A stretch of DNA of 63,770 bases, counting the filler. It is 6 parts of 6 records of this genome, joined end to end, with 100 filler letters (N's around TTAATTAATTAA, not from the genome) between each part and the next. Parts side by side here need not be neighbours in the genome. Positions count along the whole stretch, not along the records: positions 39,874 to 52,116 come from SRR20825010_4933; positions 52,217 to 58,669 come from SRR20825010_4937; positions 58,770 to 63,770 come from SRR20825010_4957; 3 more parts are not named here. One strand, 5' to 3'. The position numbers and the translations under genes are program-made. A model generated the notes under the pieces. It was given only the letters and a program-made list of their open reading frames with translations, did not search any database and had not been told where the DNA came from. Numbering within the stretch: the first letter of the stretch is position 1; every line of letters starts with the position of its first letter. Positions 49,812 to 59,521 of the stretch are shown here, piece by piece.

Positions 49812-50978
49812 TTACATTTCATTGATTATTAACTTAAATATTCCAAAATGTACATTGTCTTCGTCAGTTAATGTTTTAGTCAGATTATACACGCATAATC
49901 CTTCCTCACTCACAAAGAACATGGTATCTGAAAATTCTTTGCTGAATTGAGTCTCTCCTATTTTATTGAATTTTTCATCCAAGATTATAACCGAAATATC
50001 TTTTACCCTAGAGGTTTTCATATCTCCAGAATCCAAATCTTTCTGCTCCTTAGGCAGGGTTAAGAAGCGATAATAGCACTTTCTGTATTTGTCATATATT
50101 ATCCCCCGATATGTGAAGTTCAGTCTGAAGTGATCCCAATCGTCTTCGTTCTTTCGGTTACTTCTAGGATTAATCTTGTCAATCATTCTTGATCCTGCAT
50201 AATAGCGGTTAAGTTTTGATTTGAAGTCTGTGACTGTAATACTGTCGTCTGCACCGAAGCTAACGAGGGTTTCGTTTTCCATCCCATTCGCCAAAGAAGC
50301 ATAATAGTAATACCTTGAGTAAAGATCTTCCCTGATATAGATTGATGGTAAATGATACTCTAGATTACTTTTTTCAGTCTCTAAATCAATTTTTAAAATG
50401 ACGCCATCAGTTAGATCGTTTGCTATGGGTGCAGTTAAGTCACTTGGAGGAAGATTTGTATTAAACCCCGTATAGAATGCATTATCAACTATTATGGGCA
50501 TGGCATAGGTAGTTGGAGTTGGTTCTATAGGTTTATTGAAAACTTCAGGCTGTATTTTTCTTAAGATATCTCCATTAGCATTGATGTGATAAAGCATAGG
50601 GTAAGACCAGACATAAATAGAATCAGGTGAAATTATATTGAAAGACATAGGAAAACCCATTGCGTTGGGACCCTTTGAGTCAAGTCTGATTTTTAGAAAC
50701 AACGATCTTAGCTTTACATCATATATGGAGATGTCGTTTCTGGTTAGGAATGCGAAATATTCTTGATTCGATTTAAAACCAAACGATTGATTAGTCTTTG
50801 GTTGATACAATTGACTATAAGTAGAAATGCCAGAAGTAACACTATCCAATGGCAGTGAGAAATCACCCTCATATTTTAGAGAATGGGTTGCTTGAATATC
50901 TTTTGAGTCTTCTTTGGTGGGGCTTGCACAAGCATTGATTAAAAATAGAACAGATAAGATAAAGAGATATCTAGTCAT
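49812..50978 (-). CDS. DUF4221-like beta-propeller lipoprotein
   Basis: Lipobox INAC; GPNA, YDKYRKCYYRF, SVIILDEKFNKIGE. Confidence 0.78.
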   Translation of the reverse strand: MTRYLFILSVLFLINACASPTKEDSKDIQATHSLKYEGDFSLPLDSVTSGISTYSQLYQPKTNQSFGFKSNQEYFAFLTRNDISIYDVKLRSLFLKIRLDSKGPNAMGFPMSFNIISPDSIYVWSYPMLYHINANGDILRKIQPEVFNKPIEPTPTTYAMPIIVDNAFYTGFNTNLPPSDLTAPIANDLTDGVILKIDLETEKSNLEYHLPSIYIREDLYSRYYYYASLANGMENETLVSFGADDSITVTDFKSKLNRYYAGSRMIDKINPRSNRKNEDDWDHFRLNFTYRGIIYDKYRKCYYRFLTLPKEQKDLDSGDMKTSRVKDISVIILDEKFNKIGETQFSKEFSDTMFFVSEEGLCVYNLTKTLTDEDNVHFGIFKLIINEM

Positions 50979-51040
50979 AGGGGGAAGATTTAAACCTAGA
51001 AGTAAGGTATATAAAATATTAAACATATTTTATTACTTAG

Positions 51041-51068
51041 CCCTTGGATGGTTCAAAACCCTCCAAGG
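51041..51068. repeat. REP-like palindrome, copy 2
   Basis: CCCTTGGATGGTTCAAAACCCTCCAAGG. Confidence 0.65.
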
Positions 51069-51077
51069 ATTGATTCT

Positions 51078-52116
51078 CTATTTGTCCTTAAGCTTAATTT
51101 TCAATAGCACAGGGTTTTCTGATTGAAAGATTTCCTCCAAATCAAAACCTCCTGCTACTGTCCATTGGTCATTATCAAGGTTTTCCATAAACTCTTCGAA
51201 ATCGTAGGCAGCGATGAAACCTACTAGGCGGCCATCTTCCCATTCTAAGAAATTGATGTCATAATCCTCCTTGTTGTTTTTACGCATATCAAACCGAGTG
51301 AACTTTCCCGACTTTCTATTAATCATGCCTTTTCGTTGACTCATAGGGTTTAAATTGTAGCTGACCATTATGTAATCTTTTCCTATGCCTGGTTTTACTT
51401 TATATACATTCTTGCCCTCAAGCATGACTTTAATATCTCGATTCATAGATACATTACTTTTAGGGTCTGACCATAGCCACTGCTTTCCAAAATCAAATTT
51501 GAATCTCGGGTATTCTTTCCCGTCAATGACCTGATAGACAGTATCTGTGAATGGTTTACTGTAAAACACAGCCTCTTCTAGCTGGCTTATATTTCCTTCA
51601 ACATTTTCAGGGTGTCGTTTTGGGTCATTGATAAATGCTCCCTTACCCGTAATGTTTAGTTTGTCATCTGTAATATAAAACCCATCATAAGCAATGACTG
51701 TATAGTAACTTGAAGGGTTTCTTGGCTCAAAAAGGTATCCATTTTTATAAGGAATCATCTCTTGTCCATTTATTGCCTTATCATAACCAGCCTTCAAAGT
51801 TTCAATATGCTTCCCATCTGCAGAATATCTGAGTAAAAGTCTGGACCACCCACTATAAAGCTCAATTTTGCCGTTATTGAACCAAGCATCGCTAATGTTA
51901 CTATATTCATTAGGCCCTTTACCGTAATTACTGATCACATTTTTGTAATTGCCCTTTGTATCAAACAAAGCTATTGACCGATAAAAGTTTGTACCTTCCT
52001 TATTAGGTACTCCAAATCCATTCGGAGTTTTGAAGTATTGATCCCAGGAAGAGATTAGTGAGTTTTCGTTTTCTTCTAGCCGAATAATTTCAATATGTTC
52101 AATGGCATCGAAGAAA
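51078..52116 (-). CDS. 6-bladed beta-propeller protein, 5' truncated
   Basis: Frame open from the contig edge (IEIIRLEENENSLI); GKGPNEY; C-terminal ENPVL. Confidence 0.75.
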
Positions 52117-52216
52117 NNNNNNNNNNNNNNNNNNNNNNNNNNNNNNNNNNNNNNNNNNNNTTAATTAATTAANNNNNNNNNNNNNNNNNNNNNNNNNNNN
52201 NNNNNNNNNNNNNNNN
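52117..52216. other. Artificial contig spacer
   Basis: N44-TTAATTAATTAA-N44. Confidence 0.98.
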
Positions 52217-52327
52217 CACTTCATGCACAAGGTGACGGTCGATATAGAGAAGGCCAGTGCCATCTTCCTGCATTTCGACGAGATGGGCGTCCCAGATTTT
52301 GTCGTACATGGTGCGCGGTGCAGCCAT
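52217..52327 (-). CDS. leuC: 3-isopropylmalate dehydratase large subunit, N-terminal fragment
   Basis: [17 protein letters not shown]...[12 protein letters not shown] with AGGAG RBS; this frame is not listed in the ORF track. Confidence 0.92.
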
Positions 52328-52415
52328 TTTCTCTCTCCTGTTGTCCGCGACTGCACTCGGAGGTCGAGGCGCGCGAATGTCTCAAATCAAATCTCTAAGA
52401 GCGGGCCGAAAAAGC

Positions 52416-52450
52416 AAAAAAGCGGGCCGGGGCGTGAGGCCCTGCCCGCT
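52416..52450 (-). terminator. Terminator after rplS
   Basis: AGCGGGC...GCCCGCT plus U-tract. Confidence 0.7.
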
Positions 52451-52486
52451 AATTGCGTCTTAATCCGTTTTGGAACGGATAAAGGC

Positions 52487-52876
52487 TTAGGCCGCGCCGG
52501 ACTTTTCGCGACGCTTGAAATCCTGCTTCTCGACGATACGAGCGGACTTACCACGGCGACCGCGGAGGTAATAAAGCTTCGCGCGACGCACGCGGCCACG
52601 ACGAAGCACCTTAATGCTGTCAATCAGCGGGCTGTAAAGCGGGAACACACGTTCCACACCTTCGCCGTAGGAGATCTTGCGAACGGTGAAGTTCGAATTG
52701 ATGCCGCCGCCAGCGCGCGCGATGCAAACGCCTTCGTAGGCCTGAACGCGCGAGCGCTCGCCTTCAACGACCTTCACGTTGACGATCAGCGTGTCGCCGG
52801 GCGCGAAATCGGGGATTTCCTTACCAGTGGTAAGCGAACCCATCTGGTCCTGCTCAAGCTGCTCGATGATATTCAT
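52487..52876 (-). CDS. rplS: 50S ribosomal protein L19
   Basis: [29 protein letters not shown]. Confidence 0.98.
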   Translation of the reverse strand: MNIIEQLEQDQMGSLTTGKEIPDFAPGDTLIVNVKVVEGERSRVQAYEGVCIARAGGGINSNFTVRKISYGEGVERVFPLYSPLIDSIKVLRRGRVRRAKLYYLRGRRGKSARIVEKQDFKRREKSGAA

Positions 52877-52968
52877 GTCTAAAACCTTCAGATATGCAGG
52901 CTTCCGGCAAGCCTATTTCGGCTCTGGCCTCAATGACCTCGCCCGGAAGCGGGCTTCACTAACATACT

Positions 52969-53697
52969 TCAGTCGGACTTGCGACTGTCTTTGCGGCTGA
53001 ATCTGAGAAATTTTTCCCAGAGGTCCGGCCGCCTCGATTTTGTTGCCTCTTCAGCCTCAGCTTGACGCCAGGCTTTGATGCGCCCGTGGTCCCCTGATGT
53101 GAGCACCGCAGGTATCTCGCGACCCTCGAAAGTCTGGGGGCGCGTATAGTGCGGATACTCAAGCAATCCGCCCTCAAAACTCTCGTCCTCGCCCGAAACT
53201 TCCTTGCCCATCACACCAGGAAGTAGCCGGATGATAGCGTCAAGCAGCGCCAAAGCTGCCGGTTCGCCGCCCGAAAGAATAAAATCTCCCAGACTAATTT
53301 CTTCCATAACCCGAGACTCGATCACACGCTGATCAAGCCCCTCAAAACGCCCGCAAAGCAGGGTCACACCGGCCCCTTTTGCAAGCTCTCTTACACGTTC
53401 CTGTGTCAGCGGCTTGCCCCGCGGACTGAGGTAAATCAACGGACGCCCTGCCTGATGCACGGCATCCACAGCCTTGGCCACGACATCGGCCCGCATCACC
53501 ATGCCCGCGCCACCACCCGAGGGGGTATCATCCACCGAACGATGTCGGTCATTGGCAAAGTCACGAATATCAACCGCCTCAAGCGACCAGATACCCGCTT
53601 CCAAAGCCCGACCAGCCAGTGACATTCCCAAGGAGCCTGGAAACATCTCCGGAAAAAGCGTCAGAACCGAAGCCTTGAACGAGGCAAACTCACTCAT
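52969..53697 (-). CDS. trmD: tRNA (guanine37-N1) methyltransferase
   Basis: [38 protein letters not shown]. Confidence 0.97.
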   Translation of the reverse strand: MSEFASFKASVLTLFPEMFPGSLGMSLAGRALEAGIWSLEAVDIRDFANDRHRSVDDTPSGGGAGMVMRADVVAKAVDAVHQAGRPLIYLSPRGKPLTQERVRELAKGAGVTLLCGRFEGLDQRVIESRVMEEISLGDFILSGGEPAALALLDAIIRLLPGVMGKEVSGEDESFEGGLLEYPHYTRPQTFEGREIPAVLTSGDHGRIKAWRQAEAEEATKSRRPDLWEKFLRFSRKDSRKSD

Positions 53698-54238
53698 TTG
53701 CAGCCTCGTCGAACACACCTTCCGGCGGATCAAGGGTCAGAAAACCCGCCTCCAGATCAACATGCGGCACATTCTCGTCAATAAACGAGACCAGAACTGT
53801 CGGCCCGCCATCAGGACGCGCGATTTCAAGTAGATCGCCCGCCCCGAAATTATGCACCGCACTCACTCGACCGTAGACCCGACCATCAGCACCTAATGCA
53901 CGAAGCCCGATAAGATCGGCGTGGTAATAGCCTTCCTCATCCTCATCAACTTCCGGCAATGCGGAACGGGCCACATAGAGCTCTGTTCCACGAAGCGCTT
54001 CCGCCTTATCCCGGTCACTCACTCCTTCAAGGCGACAAATCACAACGCCTTTGGCAACGCCGGTCGCATCAACCTTAAAGGTCAGCGCACCATCCTTGCT
54101 ACTTACCGGTCCGTAATCGGCAACAGCCATAGGATCTTCTGTAAACGGCTTCACCCGCACCAGACCGCGCACGCCATGGACACCGACAATGATCCCCAAA
54201 CAAACGCGTGCTGATCGCGATGAAGCGCCCTCAGACAT
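53690..54238 (-). CDS. rimM: Ribosome maturation factor
   Basis: [31 protein letters not shown]. Confidence 0.95.
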   Translation of the reverse strand: MSEGASSRSARVCLGIIVGVHGVRGLVRVKPFTEDPMAVADYGPVSSKDGALTFKVDATGVAKGVVICRLEGVSDRDKAEALRGTELYVARSALPEVDEDEEGYYHADLIGLRALGADGRVYGRVSAVHNFGAGDLLEIARPDGGPTVLVSFIDENVPHVDLEAGFLTLDPPEGVFDEAANE

Positions 54239-54268
54239 ATCCTCGGACAAATGCACCGAACCCAAGGC

Positions 54269-54691
54269 TTAAGCCTCGGCCGGAGCTTCCTCGGCAGGAG
54301 CTTCTTCTGCAGGAGCAGGAGCTGCAGCAGCTTCAGCGGCAGCGGCCTTTGCTTCTTCTTCTGCAAGACGAGCTGCTTCCAAACGTTCCTGAGCCTTCGC
54401 TTTGGGCTTGGCTTTTTCCGGATTGTTCCCAACCGCACGCTTCAGCAGACCTGCCGCATCCAGAAAACGTGCCACACGATCCGTCGGCAGAGCACCGACC
54501 GAGAGCCAATGCTTTGCACGTTCCAGATCAAGCACAACGCGATCTTCGCGATCCTTGGGAAGAAGCGGATTGAACGAACCGATCTTTTCGATGAAACGAC
54601 CATCGCGGGGTGAGCGCGTGTCGGCAATAACAATGCGGTAGTAGGGACGCTTCTTCGCGCCACCACGAGCCAGTCTGATTTTGAGAGACAT
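54269..54691 (-). CDS. rpsP: 30S ribosomal protein S16
   Basis: [32 protein letters not shown]. Confidence 0.98.
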   Translation of the reverse strand: MSLKIRLARGGAKKRPYYRIVIADTRSPRDGRFIEKIGSFNPLLPKDREDRVVLDLERAKHWLSVGALPTDRVARFLDAAGLLKRAVGNNPEKAKPKAKAQERLEAARLAEEEAKAAAAEAAAAPAPAEEAPAEEAPAEA

Positions 54692-54783
54692 ATTTTTCTA
54701 CCTTCTAGTGAAACCTAAACCCAAAACCTGCAAACTGGCTCTGGGAAACTTGAAATTCCGATCATTCGGAAATCCATGAAAAC

Positions 54784-56289
54784 CTATTTCTTCTTGCCGC
54801 CCGGCAATCCCGGCAGGCCGCCCATTGGCCCCCTGCCACCAGAAAGCCCCGGCAGTCCTCCAGACAATCCGGGCAATCCACCTTTTGGCAACATCCCCTT
54901 TAGCGCTTCGGGATTGTTCGCCACTTCCGGCGGAATATTCGGCATACCGCCGCCACCAAAAAGCTTCCCCAACATGCCCCCGCCCTTCTGGCGTGCCATG
55001 TTCTTCATCAAATCCGCCATCTGACGATGTAGCTTCAACAGACGATTGATTTCCTGAACTTCAGTACCAGAACCTGCAGCAATGCGGCGCTTGCGACTAG
55101 CATTAAGCAAAGCAGGATTACGACGCTCAGCTTTCGTCATCGACGAAATAATAGCCGCCTGCCGCTTTACGACGCTGTCATCCATATGTGCATTCGCGGC
55201 ACTGGCCTGCGCTTTGGCAATGCCGGGAAGCATGCCCAGCACACCCTTCATGCCACCCATACGCTTCATCTGTGCGAGCTGCTCGGCCATGTCATCAAGG
55301 TCAAAAAGACCCTTCTTCATCTTGGCCGCGATCTTATTCGCTTTTTCAGCGTCGATCGTTTCAGCAGCTTTTTCGACAAGGCTGACAACGTCACCCATAC
55401 CAAGAATACGACCGGCAACACGATCAGCGCGGAAATCTTCCAACTGATCGAGTTTTTCGCCAGTACCGAGCATCTTGATCGGCACACCCGTCACGGCACG
55501 CATGGAAAGTGCCGCGCCACCGCGACCATCACCATCGGTACGTGTCAGCACAATACCGGTAACACCAATGCGTTCCTTGAACTGCATAGCAACGTTGACG
55601 GCATCCTGGCCCGTCAGACTGTCGGCGACGAGCAAAGTCTCATGCGGGTTGGCGACGTCGCGGACTTCCGCGACTTCAGCCATCAAGGCCTCATCCACAT
55701 GGATGCGACCGGCCGTATCCAGCATGACAATGTCATAGCCACCGAGCTTTGCAGCCTCAATGGCACGGCGAGCAATCTGCACAGGCTGCTGGCCGACTAT
55801 AATCGGCAAGGTAGCAACGCCTGTCTGCTCACCAAGAATTTTCAGCTGTTCCTGCGCAGCAGGGCGACGCGTATCCAGCGACGCCATCAACACACGACGC
55901 TTATCACGCGCTTCAAACCGTTTTGCGATTTTGGCCGTCGAAGTCGTTTTACCAGACCCTTGCAGGCCGACCATCATAATCGCAACAGGCGGCGCAGCTT
56001 GAAGCGACAAAGATGTATCTGCGGCCCCACCCAGCATTTCCACCAGTTCGTCATGGACGATCTTGATAACCTGCTGGCCGGGCGTAATGGATTTTAGAAC
56101 TTCCGCACCGATAGCGCGCGGCTTCACTTTGTCGATGAATTCTTTGACGACAGGCAGTGCCACATCCGCCTCGAGGAGCGCCCGGCGCACCTCACGCAGG
56201 GCATCGTCCACATCACTTTCCGAGAGCGCACCGCGCCCCCTCAGCTTTGTAAAGACGTCGCCAAGGCGACCTGTCAGATTCTCAAACAT
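54784..56289 (-). CDS. ffh: Signal recognition particle protein
   Basis: GLQGSGKTT, DTAGR, DGDGRGGAALS, Met-rich M domain. Confidence 0.98.
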   Translation of the reverse strand: MFENLTGRLGDVFTKLRGRGALSESDVDDALREVRRALLEADVALPVVKEFIDKVKPRAIGAEVLKSITPGQQVIKIVHDELVEMLGGAADTSLSLQAAPPVAIMMVGLQGSGKTTSTAKIAKRFEARDKRRVLMASLDTRRPAAQEQLKILGEQTGVATLPIIVGQQPVQIARRAIEAAKLGGYDIVMLDTAGRIHVDEALMAEVAEVRDVANPHETLLVADSLTGQDAVNVAMQFKERIGVTGIVLTRTDGDGRGGAALSMRAVTGVPIKMLGTGEKLDQLEDFRADRVAGRILGMGDVVSLVEKAAETIDAEKANKIAAKMKKGLFDLDDMAEQLAQMKRMGGMKGVLGMLPGIAKAQASAANAHMDDSVVKRQAAIISSMTKAERRNPALLNASRKRRIAAGSGTEVQEINRLLKLHRQMADLMKNMARQKGGGMLGKLFGGGGMPNIPPEVANNPEALKGMLPKGGLPGLSGGLPGLSGGRGPMGGLPGLPGGKKK

Positions 56290-56323
56290 CCGTTCGGTTT
56301 CGTCCTAAAATCAAGACACACTA

Positions 56324-56402
56324 GCCAAAGCAAAAACGCATCCGCGAGCGAATATCGCCGGCGGATGTTGACCCCGGCACAATGCCTAGGGCGGGTCGGG
56401 GC
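56324..56402 (-). ncRNA. Alphaproteobacterial ffh leader RNA motif
   Basis: GACCC...GGGTCAA hairpin, then CATCCGC..GCG-ATATT-CGC..GCGGATG-CGTTTTTG just upstream of ffh; recalled as the Rfam ffh motif. Confidence 0.65.
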
Positions 56403-56630
56403 GCTTCATATGTCCCGAAAGTTGGCGGGAAAGTAGGGCCAGAAGCATCAAGAGTCAACAATCAGGCTGGGCATTACCAAAACCGCTAAAGCCCCAAAAT
56501 AATAAAAATTTACTGACATTGTAGTAAATAGGAATTTATCCAATTTCTTTACGCCGAGTTAAAGCCCCTATGAGACACTGGGTCTTCGTTTGTTGAGTTT
56601 TGTTGTGTAATGCGTACCCGAGGATAACCA

Positions 56631-56912
56631 ATGGCAGATATGATCAGCGCTGTTGCGCCCACCGCCTCCATCGTGACCTCCTTCAAGTCTAATCCCGAAA
56701 CCGATACTCCGCCTGCGCCGCGCGCAGCAAACAGTACAGGTGCGGATTCTTTTGGCCCGGCGGTCATCACACCCCGCTCCCAGCTTTCTGGAGCCACAGT
56801 TTCCGCCATGAAGGAAGTTGCAGCCGCAACCACTGCTTCAACTCCCCCGACAGTAGCCGGCTATGATGCAAGCGGTCAGAGTGTGGAGCTTGGAAAGGCC
56901 GGCACAAAATGA
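56631..56912 (+). CDS. Small Ala/Thr/Ser-rich hypothetical protein
   Basis: GAGGA RBS; stop overlaps the next start (ATGA). Confidence 0.55.
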   Translation: MADMISAVAPTASIVTSFKSNPETDTPPAPRAANSTGADSFGPAVITPRSQLSGATVSAMKEVAAATTASTPPTVAGYDASGQSVELGKAGTK

Positions 56913-57235
56913 CCGAGGCCATCTCTATAGCGCTTGGGGGCATGCAGTCAGCTAGCTCCCGCGCAACAGAGGCGGCAAGCTCGGTCATGCGCACGTCGAT
57001 TATTCCGCCTGCCACAAATGCAGCCGGAGCCGAGACGCCCGCCTTTATCATTGACACCACTCCGGGCAACAAAGAGCCTGATCCACTGCAATCTGTCAGT
57101 GAGTTTCAGAAAGCAGCCCGCGCTTATGAAGCCAGCGCCAAGGCGTTCGAGGCAGTTCAGCAAGTACAGAAAGCACTGGTTGAGGCTCTTGGCTGGGTTG
57201 TGCCGGAAAACACAGACACGAAAAAAGAAGCGTAA
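56909..57235 (+). CDS. Minimal flagellar rod/hook-like protein (terminal helices only)
   Basis: ISIALGGMQSAS N-terminus and D.LQSVSEFQKAARAYEASAKAF C-terminus (Flg_bbr_C-like). Confidence 0.68.
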   Translation: MTEAISIALGGMQSASSRATEAASSVMRTSIIPPATNAAGAETPAFIIDTTPGNKEPDPLQSVSEFQKAARAYEASAKAFEAVQQVQKALVEALGWVVPENTDTKKEA

Positions 57236-57244
57236 GCTACTGAA

Positions 57245-57742
57245 TTACCGAAGGTTTTCGAGAAGAAGCTGGAGGCTGGCAGCCCCAAAGGCACGCATAT
57301 TAGCCTCTCGATCTTCCAGAATACCGGTCTTGACCGTCATTGCCATCTGCAGACCATTAGGTCCGGCAAGGCCCAAACACGCTGTGCCCGCCGGATCGCC
57401 ATAGCGACTACCTGCCGGTCCCGCTGCCCCAATTTCTGCCAAAGCCCATGTGGCACCGAACTGATTGCGCAATGTTTCCGAGAGAAGCAGCACAAAGGGC
57501 TCACTCAACGGCTTTTTCGCATCAGCCTCAATCAATCTTTCCGCAGGCAAGTCGATCAGAACCTCGCGCGCCTTCTTGGTATAGACAACAGCACCGCCGA
57601 GATAATAAGCCGAGGCCCCCGGCACAGACAGCAAGGCTGCCGACACCAAGCCACCCGTTGAAGACTCCGATATTGCGACCGTCTCCCCACGCTGTTTCAA
57701 AAGATCGCCGATTTCACGAGCCAGGGGGAGAAGTGTCTGCAT
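57245..57742 (-). CDS. CinA C-terminal/PncC family protein
   Basis: TVAISESSTGGLV, PGASAYYLGGAVVY, GAAGP.G. Confidence 0.9.
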   Translation of the reverse strand: MQTLLPLAREIGDLLKQRGETVAISESSTGGLVSAALLSVPGASAYYLGGAVVYTKKAREVLIDLPAERLIEADAKKPLSEPFVLLLSETLRNQFGATWALAEIGAAGPAGSRYGDPAGTACLGLAGPNGLQMAMTVKTGILEDREANMRAFGAASLQLLLENLR

Positions 57743-57863
57743 TGGATTGATCCTGTTCTGGGGTAACCTAATAGCCGCGCACCGACACTAACCGTGCGAC
57801 AAATGCCCGACAATCGGCAAACCAGTGGATATTCAGGGCAAAAAGAGCCATATAGCGCCTATC

Positions 57864-58669
57864 ATGACTGGAACAGGCATTCCCTTTCGCAAGATGAATG
57901 GTCTCGGCAACGACTTTGTCGTTCTGGACTTGCGGACTCATGCCTTGGCCCTGAGCGACAATTTGGTCCGCGCCATATCTAATCGCGAGACTGGTATTGG
58001 CTGCGACCAATTTATTACCATCGAGAGCCCACGCCGCGGCGGTGACGCTTTCATGGGCATCCGCAATCAAGACGGGGCTGTGGTCGAAGCGTGTGGCAAT
58101 GCCACACGCTGCATCGGACAGATAGTTCTGGAAGAGACCGGAAAAAGCGAAGTTATCATCGAGACACTCGCTGGCGACCTCGTGGCTAGCGCCTCGAACA
58201 AAGACATCACCGTCGATATGGGCGAGCCGCGTCTGAAATGGGACGAAATCCCGCTCTCTGAAGAGTTCCGCGACACACGTGCCATCGAGCTTGAGGTTGG
58301 ACCGCTTGGTGCGCCCATCATGCATTCACCAGCGGTCGTGAATGTCGGCAATCCGCATGCGATCTTCTTCGTCAAGGACATGGATATAATCGACCTTGCC
58401 CGCATCGGTCCGATGCTGGAGCACCATCCGCTCTTTCCAGAACGCGCCAATATCTCTATCGCACAGGTCATCGACCGGACACATATAAAGCTGAAGGTTT
58501 GGGAACGCGGCGTCGGGCTGACACGCGCCTGCGGCACAGCCGCCTGCGCAACGGTTGTGGCAAGTGTTCGCAAGCGCATGACCGATCGCAAAATCACCGT
58601 GAGCCTGCCCGGCGGCGACTTGCAGCTCGAATGGCGCGAAAGCGACAATCACATCTACATGACCGGCCC
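57864..58669 (+). CDS. dapF: Diaminopimelate epimerase (3' end truncated)
   Basis: KMNGLGNDF, ACGNATRC, GNPHA, WERGVG.T.ACGT. Confidence 0.96.
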
Positions 58670-58769
58670 NNNNNNNNNNNNNNNNNNNNNNNNNNNNNNN
58701 NNNNNNNNNNNNNTTAATTAATTAANNNNNNNNNNNNNNNNNNNNNNNNNNNNNNNNNNNNNNNNNNNN
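58670..58769. other. Artificial contig spacer
   Basis: N44-TTAATTAATTAA-N44. Confidence 0.98.
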
Positions 58770-58827
58770 GTGATCCGCGCAAGGCTGACGTGCGGGCGAA
58801 ACTGGCGCAAATCGGGCGAGAATGAAG

Positions 58828-59454
58828 TCAGCCGATCCGGCGCAACAGGCTGTATTGGAAGGCCTGCTGCGTGCCTTTCGGGGTGACGTGCAGGTGGCGG
58901 CGATGCGCCACCAGCACGAATCCTTCGGCCAAAAGCGCCGCAATATCCTCGGGGCTGTAGCGGGCGACCGGCAGTCCGCTGCACCGTTCCGGCCCGTCCG
59001 GCGCGAAAGTGGCTATGATGGCATGGCCATCGATCCGGACGGCGCGTGTCAGGTTTTCGATATAGGCGGCCCTGTCGGATGGAGCGGTGAGAAAGTGAAA
59101 CACCGCCCTGTCATGCCACAGGTCGTATGTTCGCGTTGGGGACCAGCTGGTGATGTCCTGGCAAAGCCATGTCACGCTGCGCCCGGAGGACCCGAGTCGA
59201 TCGCGCGCGGCATCCAAGGCCACATGCGACAGGTCCAGAACTGTCACATCGCGCAACCCCATCGCCAGCACTGTGTCCGTGAAACGGGACATTCCGCCGC
59301 CAATGTCGATCACCGATGCGCCGGCGGTGATCCCGGCCATCCGGATCAGGTTGAGCGAGACGGCCGGGTCGTCCTGATGCCAGCTAAGGCGGGTCTCGGG
59401 AGTTTTGCCATAGACGGTGTCCCAGTGTTCTTTTCGGTCGACCGACATGGCCAT
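58828..59454 (-). CDS. Class I SAM methyltransferase
   Basis: HWDTVY, IDIGGG.S, WHDRAVFHFL, GPERCSGLPV. Confidence 0.9.
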   Translation of the reverse strand: MAMSVDRKEHWDTVYGKTPETRLSWHQDDPAVSLNLIRMAGITAGASVIDIGGGMSRFTDTVLAMGLRDVTVLDLSHVALDAARDRLGSSGRSVTWLCQDITSWSPTRTYDLWHDRAVFHFLTAPSDRAAYIENLTRAVRIDGHAIIATFAPDGPERCSGLPVARYSPEDIAALLAEGFVLVAHRRHLHVTPKGTQQAFQYSLLRRIG

Positions 59455-59521
59455 GCCCTCTGACGCGGAATTGCAGACCAACTATAGCTCGAACACATTC
59501 GGAAAATAAAATGATTCCACG

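Noticed and set aside
54784-54900. GGLPGL repeats at the Ffh C-terminus and the Ala/Glu tail of S16
   Set aside because: Common low-complexity tails in alphaproteobacterial orthologues.
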